This document shows, in pieces, positions 25,454-33,981 of a stretch of 51,838 bases of DNA (its first letter is position 1; each line of letters opens with the position of its first letter). Below the pieces are notes generated by a model. That model saw nothing but the letters and a program-made list of their open reading frames with translations, was not told where the DNA came from and made no database searches. Origin of the DNA: Verrucomicrobiota bacterium (GTDB taxonomy: Bacteria; Verrucomicrobiota; Verrucomicrobiia; Limisphaerales; SIBE01). Both the position numbers and the translations under genes were made by a program. The DNA lies in the NCBI GenBank assembly GCA_016190065.1, contig JACPRI010000068.1, forward strand, positions 1-51,838, in the 5' to 3' direction.

Positions 25454-28400
25454 ATGAAGATTAAGTCGTGGACTGATTTAGAGGTAATTGCCGCATCCGT
25501 CCTTGCAGCAGCCTCTGTGGATTGCCAAGCGCTCACCAAACCTGACTATCCCGTGATCTTCATTCACGGCATCACGGGAAGCGCGGACGAGACTTGGGGA
25601 GATTTCAGAAGCTTTCTGGTAGCCGAAGGTTGGCAATTTGGCGGCTCACCGACTTACCGCGCGGCGTCGAAGCAGGTCGCCTGGGTAGCAGCGGGGGATT
25701 TCTATACGATGAACATGTCCGACTACGACAGTTTGCCGTTCAAATCTCAGAATCTAGCGCTGAGCGAGCAAGGTTGGGAGGTTGCGGCGGTCATCGCGGA
25801 GGTTTTGTCCGCGAATCCTGGCAAAGGCAAAGTCATCCTTGCCGCCCATAGCATGGGCGGCCTCGCGTCCAGAAGTTACCTGCAAGGCTTGGCCAAGAAG
25901 GATGGCGCCGACGTTGCGTACCGGCGAGACGTGGCCAAGCTCATCACTGTGGATACTCCGCATCAAGGAGCGGAACTGGCCACGCTTTGCCAGCAGTTTC
26001 GTCCGCTCGGAATTCCGGTCTTGCAGCGCATTAGGAATAGACGCGAACAGTGTCGCAGTAGCGGAAATGCGCAGCGATAGTCCCGCTCTATTAAACTTGA
26101 ACAATCTGTCGGCGAATCCGTTGCCCGGCGACATCAGTTACGTCTCGATCATTAGCACTGGGCTAAAACTGCTTTTGCTTCCTGATCAAATTGGCGACGG
26201 AATCGTCTCCACCGCGTCACAGAATCTTGGAAATGTGGCCGGCGCGAATCTTTTGAACCATACGGCCAGGGAACTGTTTGTTTTGCCAAGAGCCGGCTGC
26301 GATCCGCTCAAAAAAGCGGACCCGGTGAACGGTGATTACCTCAGCCACACTTGCGCTACGGGAGATGGAGGAGTTCACGCCGAATTAATCCGACAGTTAC
26401 GCCCACTGAGTAGCCCGGCTGAAACTGCCGACGGGCCGGTCCCTTATCGGTTCACGACGTTGGCTGGTTTAGCGGCGAGTTCGGGAAGCGCAGATGGGAC
26501 TGGGACCTCTGTGCGCTTCAACAGCCCGACTGGCGTCGCAGTGGACAGGGTAGGAAACATTTACGTAGCGGATTATGGTAACCACACGATACGCAAAATT
26601 ACTGCCGACGCACGCGTAAGTACGGTCGCGGGCTTAGTGGGCAGTCCGGGCAACGCTAATGGGTCAGGAAGCGTGGCGCAGTTCAACAATCCGATCGGCG
26701 TAACGGTTGACCTTATCGGGAATATCTATGTCGCAGATTCCGGAAACAACAGGATTAGGGAAATATTCCCGAGCGGGGAAGTGATTACTCTCTTTAGTGG
26801 AAAAGGCGTGTCGGTTGACATCGGTTTGCGCACGTTCTACGTGCTGAGCGGCCACAGCGTTCATAGCTCTTCGTATGTCTGCTGTCCCCGGTATGGCGGT
26901 ACGTATGCAGGTAGCGTGAGCACGCCAGGCAGCAGGGACGGACAAGGGAGCAACGCGCGATTCAATTCTCCGGAAGGTGTAGCGGTCGATAGTGCAGGCA
27001 ATGTCTATGTTGCGGATACTGGCAATAACACGATCCGGAAGATCACGCCAGAGCGCGCAGTGAGCACGCTGGCCGGGCTAGCTGGTTTTACTGGGAGCAG
27101 GGACGGAACAGGGAGCAGCGCACTGTTCAATTCTCCAAAAGGTGTAGCGGGCGATAGTGCAGGCAATGTTTATGTTGCGGACACACTGAATCACACCATC
27201 CGAAAGATCTCAGCTTCGGGGGTCGTGACCACTCTGGCTGGATTGGCGGGAGTTTCGGGAAGCACCGATGGAACATGGACGGCAGCTCGGTTTCATTTCC
27301 CAATTGGCATCGCGATCGATAATGCCGGGATTATCTACGTGGCTGATTCGGCCAATCACACGATTCGGAAAGGGGTGCCCCTGATCGCGCCGACAATCAT
27401 TAAGCAGCCTCAAAACCAGGTCGTGAGGATAGGCGCCAGTCTGACGTTTTCCGTGTCAGCAGCGGGGACTGTTCCGTTCATTTACCAATGGTACTTCGAC
27501 GGAAAGGCGATACCAGGAGCAACTGCAGCAACATTCACAATAACGAATATGCAGCAAGAAAAGCAGGGAACCTACAGTGTCCTCATCAGCAATGGCGTTG
27601 GATCTATCCAGAGTCAGGGAGCTTCGTTGAATGTAATGAACACCGCACCTATTCTCGCGCAGGCCTTGGATCGAATCACGGCAGAAGGGGAAGAAGGCAA
27701 AGAGATCTCCTTGCTTATTCAGGCCACAGATTCTGAATCACCACCACAAATGCTGACGTTCAGTCTTGAGGGCCCGGCGCCAGTCGGCGCCAGTATCGAT
27801 CCTGTTAGGGGAACCTTCACTTGGACTCCAACAGAATCACAAGGGCCGAGTACGAATCGAATCACAGTCCGAGTTACAGACAACGGCAATCCTCCGCTAA
27901 GTGACACAAAGACGTTCCCCGTGATCGTGAGCGAAGTGAACTCGCCCCCAGCGATCTCCGCCATTTCGGACAAATTCCTGGAGGAGAATTCGAAGCTTGA
28001 ATTCCTGGTCGAAGCGCTTGATCCGGACATTCCGTCAAATGCATTGACCTACGCGCTGGGCACGGGAGCGCCCGCCGGAGCGAGTGTCAATCCCAGGACA
28101 GGAGTCTTCAGTTGGGCCATTGGAGAAGTGGCCGCGCCGGAGACGAACCGAGTCTCCGTCGTAGTCACGGATGATGGAGCGCCGCCGAGGGCCGCGACGA
28201 ACGTGTTTCAAGTCGTGGTTACGCCTGGCAAGTTGCGTCTGGCGCCGATTCCGGACCGTTCTGAGGATGAGGGAACTGTGATCGCGTTCGCCGTGGCGGC
28301 CATAGAAAATCCCTTGGTGCGCCCGCCGCTGACTTATGGATTGGAACCGGGAGCACCGGAAGGCGCACTCATGGCCCCTGCGACCGGCGCGTTCTTGTGG

Positions 28401-29012
28401 CAACCCACCGAGGCCCAAGGACCGAGCACGAACACTATCACCGTCCGCGTGACCGACAGCAGTTCGCGGCCTTTGACCGCCACCCGCAGCTTCACGGTGA
28501 TTGTGCGCGAAGTGAATCGTCCTCCTGTCCTCGACGCAATCCCGCCGCAGCGGGTGATGGCTGGCCAGCTTTTGAAGTTGACGGCCAAGGCTCAAGACCC
28601 GGACCTCCCGGCGAACGAACTCGCCTACTCCCTTGAACCAGGCGCTCCTTTAGGCGCGAGTATTGATGCCAAGACTGGTCTGTTCTCGTGGACTCCCGGC
28701 TCTGCGGGCACGAATACTTTGACGATCAAGGTGACCGACGGCGGTTCGCCTCCATTAAGCCACACAACCACGGTAACAGTCGTTGCCACGGCTCCTGAAG
28801 GGCCAAAACTGTTGGGTTCGTTTCTTCCGAATGGCCAATTTCAAGTAACTCTCACCGGCGAGATCGGTCGAATCTACTTGATCCAGGCTTCCACGGACTT
28901 GGTCGTCTGGGAACCGGTGACAAACATCCTCAGCACCGCCGCGACGATTCTGATCACTGATCCTGCGGCTACAAGTTTGCGACAACGCTTTTACCGGGCC
29001 TTGTCGCCATGA
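25454..29012 (+). pseudogene. Frameshifted giant secreted protein: alpha/beta-hydrolase (lipase-like) domain, NHL beta-propeller repeats, an Ig domain, four cadherin-like/He_PIG repeats and a C-terminal ...RFYR domain
   Basis: ORF 25421..26080 carries YPVIFIHGITGS and the nucleophile elbow AHSMGG, then TVDTPHQG. The hydrolase domain continues in the next frame (ALGIDANSVAVAEMRSDSPALLNLN) inside ORF 25782..29012. About six NHL repeats follow (FNSPxGVAVDxxGNxYVADxxNHTIRKI), then four ~95-aa repeats (TFSLEGPAPVGASID..TGTFTWTP...VRVTDNG.PPLS). This could be a sequencing error rather than a true pseudogene. Confidence 0.6.
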
Positions 29013-29119
29013 AATGGCGGATTGACGCAGCAGCGATGATGAATCTCGTTCGGCAGCGAGCAAGACCGGCGTCGTCGAACGAGACAGCAAACCAAGTAAC
29101 CCTAACTCAAAGGACAGCC

Positions 29120-29545
29120 ATGAAGAACTGGATACACAAACAACAGAAAAACCTCCGAATCTGGATCGCGGCTTGTAGTTTAGCGGTGGTCACAATGCTC
29201 GCCGTCGGATGCGTACATGCCGTAGGCGACAAGAAGATCACGGATGCGAATCTCATCGACCAGATTAAACCTGGCAGCAGTACGAAGGCGGACGTAAGGC
29301 GTATCATGGGAGCGCCTTTGAAAACCACGTTTACCGACAACAACGAAGAGGTTTGGGATTACGCCTACACGCGATCTCAAGTCCGTGGAACAAGCTTCAT
29401 TCCTTACGTGGGCTTGGTTGCTGGAGGCGCGGACTCGAACACTGCGACCTTGACTGTCCGTTTTACCACCGATGGCATCGTCAAGAATGTTGGGACAGGC
29501 TCAATGAAAGGCGGAGGCGGAGGCGTTCAGGATCTTGGACGATAA
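29120..29545 (+). CDS. BamE/SmpA-OmlA-like small lipoprotein
   Basis: Lipobox LAVGC follows a signal peptide. The core GSSTKADVRRIMGAPLKTTFTDNNEEVWDYAY fits the SmpA_OmlA pattern. The start is set at the internal Met at 29120. Confidence 0.6.
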   Translation: MKNWIHKQQKNLRIWIAACSLAVVTMLAVGCVHAVGDKKITDANLIDQIKPGSSTKADVRRIMGAPLKTTFTDNNEEVWDYAYTRSQVRGTSFIPYVGLVAGGADSNTATLTVRFTTDGIVKNVGTGSMKGGGGGVQDLGR

Positions 29546-29569
29546 CCGCCCGCGATGGCGTTTGTCGCC

Positions 29570-30003
29570 ATGTGCTCCCAGACCTGTCGCCAAGCGGCGT
29601 GACCTAAACCATCAAGTCTGGCGCCCCGCGGTCGCGAGCATTGATGCTACTACGACTGGAGTGTTCACGTGGGTGCCAGGCCCACTGGCTGCAAGCGGCA
29701 CGAACAGTTTCTCGGTGAGAACGACCGACAACGGGTTTGCCTCCGCTGAGCCACACTGCCAGTGTTACCGTTGTCGTCACAGCCCTGGAAGGCCCGAAGC
29801 TGCTGGGCGCGTTTCTGCCGAACGGCCAGTTTCAACTCACCGTCAACGGCGAGATCGGGAGAATCTACTTGATCCAAAGCTCCACCGACTTGGTCGCCTG
29901 GGATCCGGTGACGAACATCCTGAGTGCCGCGGCGACAATCCGGATTACCGATTCCGCTCCCGCCAGCTTGCGGCAGCGTTTTTATCGCGCCGTCTCGCCA
30001 TGA
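29570..30003 (+). pseudogene. Decayed copy B of the last cadherin-like repeat plus C-terminal domain of the 25454..29012 gene
   Basis: Reads DLSPSGVT*TIKSGAP / GASIDATTTGVFTW...TTDNG / LPPLSHTASVTVVVTALEGPKLLGAFLPNGQFQL...QRFYRAVSP across three frames, with one in-frame stop. It parallels 28590..29012. Confidence 0.8.
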
Positions 30004-30019
30004 GCGGCTACGTTCGCGC

Positions 30020-30256
30020 TCACCGTTCGTCCCCGGGCAACGGCGGCACGTCCCGGACCTTGGCCATGACACGGTCGAACTTCTCCCAACTGCCGCGTTG
30101 AGCGCGCTCTGCCATCGTGCCGCGCTTGCGCCAGGCGGAAACCTGGTAAGCGAGGGCAATACTGACGAGGTGGTCCACGCTCACCTTTTCTTGCTCGGCA
30201 AGCTCAGCCACTTGCCGCGCCAGCGGGTCGGGCACTTGCGCTTGAATCGTTGTCAT
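30020..30256 (-). CDS. RHH/HicB-like type II antitoxin
   Basis: 78 aa (MTTIQAQVPDPLARQVAELAEQEKVSVDHLVSIALAYQVSAW...RGSWEKFDRVMAKVRDVPPLPGDE). This is the pattern of small CopG/HicB-annotated antitoxins. The start is set at an internal Met of ORF 30020..30451. Confidence 0.6.
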   Translation of the reverse strand: MTTIQAQVPDPLARQVAELAEQEKVSVDHLVSIALAYQVSAWRKRGTMAERAQRGSWEKFDRVMAKVRDVPPLPGDER

Positions 30257-30429
30257 GTGTTTCCTCTCAGTTTGGCCAGGAATTCGGCTGACGTGAACCG
30301 CAGGTGGTTGCTCAGGACCAATTGCCATTGGCCTCGTCGGAGTTTCGTCAGTAACTCGAACGCAGCGCCGCGCGTTGACCAAAGCGCCGCCAGGAAGACA
30401 TTCGTATCCAAGACGGCCCGGAGCGGCAT
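30253..30429 (-). CDS. 58-aa N-terminal PIN-domain fragment (truncated toxin gene) overlapping the antitoxin start
   Basis: Below the ORF-track size cutoff; I translated it by hand. It reads MPLRAVLDTNVFLAALWSTRGAAFELLTKLRRGQWQLVLSNHLRFTSAEFLAKLRGNT, matching the first third of PIN toxins (VLDTNV..SAL.S..G....L). Its stop overlaps the antitoxin ATG (ACATGA). Confidence 0.45.
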   Translation of the reverse strand: MPLRAVLDTNVFLAALWSTRGAAFELLTKLRRGQWQLVLSNHLRFTSAEFLAKLRGNT

Positions 30430-30471
30430 GGGCAGATACTCTGCGGTTCATGGGTCCCAGTCAACCGCGGG

Positions 30472-30493
30472 CACAAGTGTTGGACAAGTGTTG
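30472..30493. promoter_or_regulatory. Tandem 11-bp direct repeat upstream of the PIN-fragment/antitoxin pair (possible operator)
   Basis: cacaagtgttg followed immediately by gacaagtgttg, 43 nt upstream of the 30429 start on the minus strand. Confidence 0.2.
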
Positions 30494-30495
30494 TG

Positions 30496-30944
30496 CGGCC
30501 AGCTTTGACGTCGACCGTCAAGGCTCAAGACCTGGGCCTCCCGGCCAATGAACTCACCTACTCCCTTGAACCAGGCGCTCCATCTGGCGTGGCTATTGAT
30601 GCCAGGACTGGAGTGTTCTCGTGGCCCCCCGGGTCTGCGGGCACGAATTCTTTGACCGTCAAGGTGACCGACGGCCGTTTGCCTCCGCTAAGCCACACAA
30701 CCACGGTAACAGTCGTTGCCACGGCTCCTGAAGGACCGAAACTGTTGGGTTCGTTTCTGCCGAATGGCCAGTTTCAATTGACCCCAACGGCGAGATCGGG
30801 AGAATCTACTTGATTCAAAGCTCCACCGACTTGGTCGCCTGGGATCCCGTGACGAACATCCTGAGTGCAGCGGCGACAATCCGGATTACCGATTCCGCTC
30901 CCGCCGGCTTGTGGCAGCGTTTTTATCGCGCCGTTTCGCCGTGA
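30496..30944 (+). pseudogene. Decayed mosaic copy C of the last cadherin-like repeat plus C-terminal domain
   Basis: In frame it reads AQDLGLPANELTYSLEPGAPSGVAIDARTGVFSW...VKVTDGRLPPLSHTTTVTVVATAPEGPKLLGSFLPNGQFQL. A 1-nt deletion near 30783 then shifts the frame. The tail (IYLIQSSTDLVAWDPVTNILSAAATIRITDSAPAGLWQRFYRAVSP) is readable in another frame. Confidence 0.8.
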
Positions 30945-31025
30945 TCGCCGTGATCCAACGCTTGCTGAAACGCTGGCTTGCTCAAACCGCTTGCCCCAGG
31001 TGAACGGGGCGATTAGCGTTGAGCC

Positions 31026-31247
31026 ATGGTCATCATTCATTTCGACGCCCCCGATCTCGAGAAGAAGGCGCTGGACTTCCTGGTGGGCCGTTATTCCTTC
31101 AAGACATGGGCGAACGGCGACTTGATGCTGCCGGAGCCGGCGTTGGGCCAGCTCGCCGCAGAAGGAATCCCGTTCCGCGTCAAGGGCCCCGCAACCTATG
31201 AGCACTTCTTACCGGCGCTACGAGATTCTGCTCCCGCGTCGGTATAA
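31026..31247 (+). CDS. Small conserved-looking hypothetical protein (first gene of a two-gene cassette)
   Basis: 73 aa (MVIIHFDAPDLEKKALDFLVGRYSFKTWANGDLMLPEPALGQLAAEGIPFRVKG). The sequence is compact and globular-looking. Its 3' end overlaps the next ORF by 50 nt. Confidence 0.5.
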   Translation: MVIIHFDAPDLEKKALDFLVGRYSFKTWANGDLMLPEPALGQLAAEGIPFRVKGPATYEHFLPALRDSAPASV

Positions 31248-31518
31248 GGACGGCCGGCGAATTGCGAACCGGTTCGTTACGGAAACTCTCATCGAACTTA
31301 GGGAACGGTTCGGCGCCTCGTCTTGCGAACCACAAACCATCCAGGGCCAATGGCAGCACCAGGGAGAAGTTTACCACGACGAATTGGTTCGGATATTCGT
31401 GGATGTGGAAGACCTGCCTGGGAACCGAGAATTCTTTATCCAGTTCAAGCAGCGCCTCATGCAGCGCTTCGAGCAGATCGACATTTGGTTGACCAGCCAT
31501 CCGATTGATGTCCTGTAA
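31198..31518 (+). CDS. Small conserved-looking hypothetical protein (second gene of a two-gene cassette)
   Basis: 106 aa (MSTSYRRYEILLPRRYKDGRRI...LRERFGASSCEPQTIQGQWQHQGEVYHDELVRIFVDVEDLPGNREFFIQFKQRLMQRFEQIDIWLTSHPIDVL). No recognised family. Confidence 0.55.
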   Translation: MSTSYRRYEILLPRRYKDGRRIANRFVTETLIELRERFGASSCEPQTIQGQWQHQGEVYHDELVRIFVDVEDLPGNREFFIQFKQRLMQRFEQIDIWLTSHPIDVL

Positions 31519-31727
31519 GCGAAAGGACGTCCTCGAGGGGTCGTGACCCTCTCCAGCCAGGGCACGCCCGAATTCTGGCGAGGGTATCGCTCGTTGCCGG
31601 TTGAGCAGCTATCACGTATTTGAGTCAGGAGGCGCGGCTCAAGGCTCTGACGAGCCGTTATCCAGCGTTCCGGCGAGCGCGGAGCAAGCCACCCACGATG
31701 CCTCCCAAAGCTTGAGCCCCGACCTTC

Positions 31728-32978
31728 TCACTGCGCCTTCTTCGCGGTCCAGGTTCCTTCCCCCAGTTCGCCAAGGCGCACGGTGCCTTTCATCATTCCG
31801 TCGATTTCGACCTTGCCTGTGTAAGTGACCACGGCTGGCTGGTCTTGAACCCGGACATCAAACGAGAACTTCAGTTCCGAGTTTCTCAGCGTGCCGCTGA
31901 ACTCGGCCTCGCCAAAGAGTCCCTTGTACGTGCCGACGATGTTGGGGCCTGCATGAACGAACGTGAAACTCGGCGAGCCGGTGCCGTTGGCGGTCTCCAC
32001 CTGGAAATTCCATGCGCCGGTAATGTTGACCGCGTCCGAGGGTTTGCCTTTCGGGTCCAGGTTCTTGGCATACTCTTCGAGAGGCAAAGCGGTCTGGACG
32101 CCGTCTGCCGGGACTTCTGCCTTGGCGAGCCAGAGGAGCGCGTTCAAAACGACTTTGCGGAAATTGTTGTTCGACCAGTTTGCGTGAACGTGTCCGCCAG
32201 TGAAGCCGAAGCCTCGCCCGCCATCGGCCCGTTCGACCGCCCACATCAACACTTCGTCGCGGCCACTGGCGGCGACAATGTGCGCGTACGGGCCGCGCGG
32301 AGAAGCGGACGTGCCTTTGCGCGTTTCGGCCGAAGGCTTTGCCACAAGAATCGGCGTGACGCCCTTCATGTCCGGGCGGAAGCGCATGTTGAAATACCAT
32401 TCATCGCGAAGTTTGAACGGCTTGACGCCGCGCGCGATTGGATGCTTTGGCAGCTCTTTGATGTCGGCTTCCCAATGTGGGTTCGTGGAAAACGCCGTTT
32501 CGTAGTAACCGCCGATCCAATCCAGGAACTCCGGTCCGCCCTTGTCTTTGGGAACTTCAACCGCGTAGTGCGCGCAGCCCAAGCCGACGCCCTTCTTCGT
32601 CAACGCGCCCATGACTTCCAAATGGTTTTCCCGAATCACCGGATGCCCGCCGCCGCCGTCCATGAACAACAGAATGGCGTCGGCGCCGTCGAAGGCATCG
32701 GGTTCTTTGGGCCAGCCGCCCTGGATGAGCACGGATTTCACGCCGGGGATCTGGTCGAGACATTTCTTCAGCACCGCGCAGCCGGCATTGAACTCGTGAT
32801 CGCCGGGGCCGTGGCTGGGCCGTCCGGCGACCAACACGATTTTCTTTTCGGCGGCGGTCGCGGAAAGAACGAGTGCCATGAAGAAGAGGATAGGGAGCAC
32901 GATCCCAAGCCGGTGGCTCGACGTTCGACGTTTGATGTTCAATGTTGGACGTTCGATTCCTGCGCTTTGATTTTTCAT
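31728..32978 (-). CDS. ThuA-domain protein with an extra C-terminal beta-rich domain
   Basis: Signal/TM segment, then KIVLVAGRPSHGPGDHEF...ADAILLFMDGGGGHP...GLGCAHYAVEVP...HWEADIKELPKHPIARGVKPFKLRDEWYFNMRF (ThuA-like class I glutamine amidotransferase-like fold). Confidence 0.85.
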   Translation of the reverse strand: MKNQSAGIERPTLNIKRRTSSHRLGIVLPILFFMALVLSATAAEKKIVLVAGRPSHGPGDHEFNAGCAVLKKCLDQIPGVKSVLIQGGWPKEPDAFDGADAILLFMDGGGGHPVIRENHLEVMGALTKKGVGLGCAHYAVEVPKDKGGPEFLDWIGGYYETAFSTNPHWEADIKELPKHPIARGVKPFKLRDEWYFNMRFRPDMKGVTPILVAKPSAETRKGTSASPRGPYAHIVAASGRDEVLMWAVERADGGRGFGFTGGHVHANWSNNNFRKVVLNALLWLAKAEVPADGVQTALPLEEYAKNLDPKGKPSDAVNITGAWNFQVETANGTGSPSFTFVHAGPNIVGTYKGLFGEAEFSGTLRNSELKFSFDVRVQDQPAVVTYTGKVEIDGMMKGTVRLGELGEGTWTAKKAQ

Positions 32979-32996
32979 AGCAGTAACCTTGAAGGA

Positions 32997-33875
32997 CTAC
33001 TTCTCTTTTGTGTCGAGGTTTTGGGCCATGTCTTGCGGCGTCACTGCGGAGGCCACGCCTTCGGGCGGAATCTCGGCCTTCGCGCTCCAGAGGATGGCAT
33101 TGAGGACGATCTTCCGGAAATTGTCGTCGGCCCAGTTTCGGTGAAAATGGCCGCCGCTGAAGCCGAAACCGCGTCCGCCATCGGGACGCTCGGTAACCCA
33201 CATGACGTGTTCGGGCATTCCCGCGCGGGCCTGGACGTGCGCGTTGCCGCCGTGGCTGCTCGTGGCGCCGGGTTTTCCGCGCGTTCGATCAGGCGGGACC
33301 GCGGTGAGAATCGGCGTCACGCCCCGCATCGCTTCGGGGAAGCGCATGTGGTAGTACCATTCATCATTAATCTTGAATGGTTTCACTCCGCGCGTGACCG
33401 GGTGCTTCGGCAAGGTTTGGAAATCCGCGTCCCAATGCGGATTCACGGACCAGAAAGTTTCAAAGTAGCCGCCGGTCCACGCGAGCCACGCTTGCCCCGC
33501 TTCGCCTTTGGGAACTTCAACCGCATAGTGCGCGCAGCCCAGGCCGACGCCGTTCTTCATGAGGTCGCCGAGGATTTTGAGGCGCTCCGGTTTGATGGCG
33601 GGATGGCCCCCGCCGCCGTCCATATAGAGGAAGATCGCATCCGCGCCGTCGAATGCTTTGGGTTCGTCCGGCCAGCCGTTCAAGTAAACTTCCGAGCGCA
33701 TGCCGGGGACTTTATCCAGGCATTTCTTCAGCAAGTGGCACCCGGCCTGGAATTCGTGCGCGCCAGTGCCGTGGCTCGCTTTGCCAGCGAGGAGGACGAC
33801 TTTCTTGTCGGCGGCAGAAACGGACACAGCAGTGCCCAGCGCAAGCAAGATGAAGAATGCGAGCGATTTTTTCAT
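32997..33875 (-). CDS. ThuA-domain protein (tandem paralogue)
   Basis: MKKSLAFFILLALGTAVSVSA signal peptide, then the same blocks as the neighbouring gene (KVVLLAGKASHGTGAHEF...ADAIFLYMDGGGGHP...GLGCAHYAVEVP...HWDADFQTLPKHPVTRGVKPFKINDEWYYHMRF). The start is set at the internal Met at 33875. Confidence 0.85.
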   Translation of the reverse strand: MKKSLAFFILLALGTAVSVSAADKKVVLLAGKASHGTGAHEFQAGCHLLKKCLDKVPGMRSEVYLNGWPDEPKAFDGADAIFLYMDGGGGHPAIKPERLKILGDLMKNGVGLGCAHYAVEVPKGEAGQAWLAWTGGYFETFWSVNPHWDADFQTLPKHPVTRGVKPFKINDEWYYHMRFPEAMRGVTPILTAVPPDRTRGKPGATSSHGGNAHVQARAGMPEHVMWVTERPDGGRGFGFSGGHFHRNWADDNFRKIVLNAILWSAKAEIPPEGVASAVTPQDMAQNLDTKEK

Positions 33876-33981
33876 GTCTGTTGGTCGCGTTCCACATGAA
33901 TGTGTAGTGGTTCGTGGCGATCTCCGGCGTAGAAAACCGGTACGGCCCGAGCCGCAAAACCGTGGGCATGGCACACGCAAC

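Noticed and set aside
29737-30003. An 88-aa ORF (MPPLSHTASV...RFYRAVSP) as a standalone gene.
   Set aside because: It is simply the still-intact tail of decayed copy B. Its Met is an internal residue of the repeat (PPLSH), and the upstream homologous sequence continues in other frames.
28561-30944. Template/variable repeats of a diversity-generating retroelement as an explanation for the three 3'-end copies.
   Set aside because: No reverse transcriptase gene is in the window. The differences between copies are not adenine-specific and include indels. The copies are 400+ bp and two are plainly decayed.
31845-33899. 684-aa plus-strand ORF spanning both ThuA genes. The same applies to 21304..22878 (524 aa), 36443..38500 (685 aa), 18238..19431 (397 aa), 14681..15646 (321 aa) and 3340..4020.
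   Set aside because: All are antisense shadows of strongly supported genes. Their translations are Arg/Gly/Ala-rich with no recognisable domains, and one crosses an intergenic gap between two real genes.
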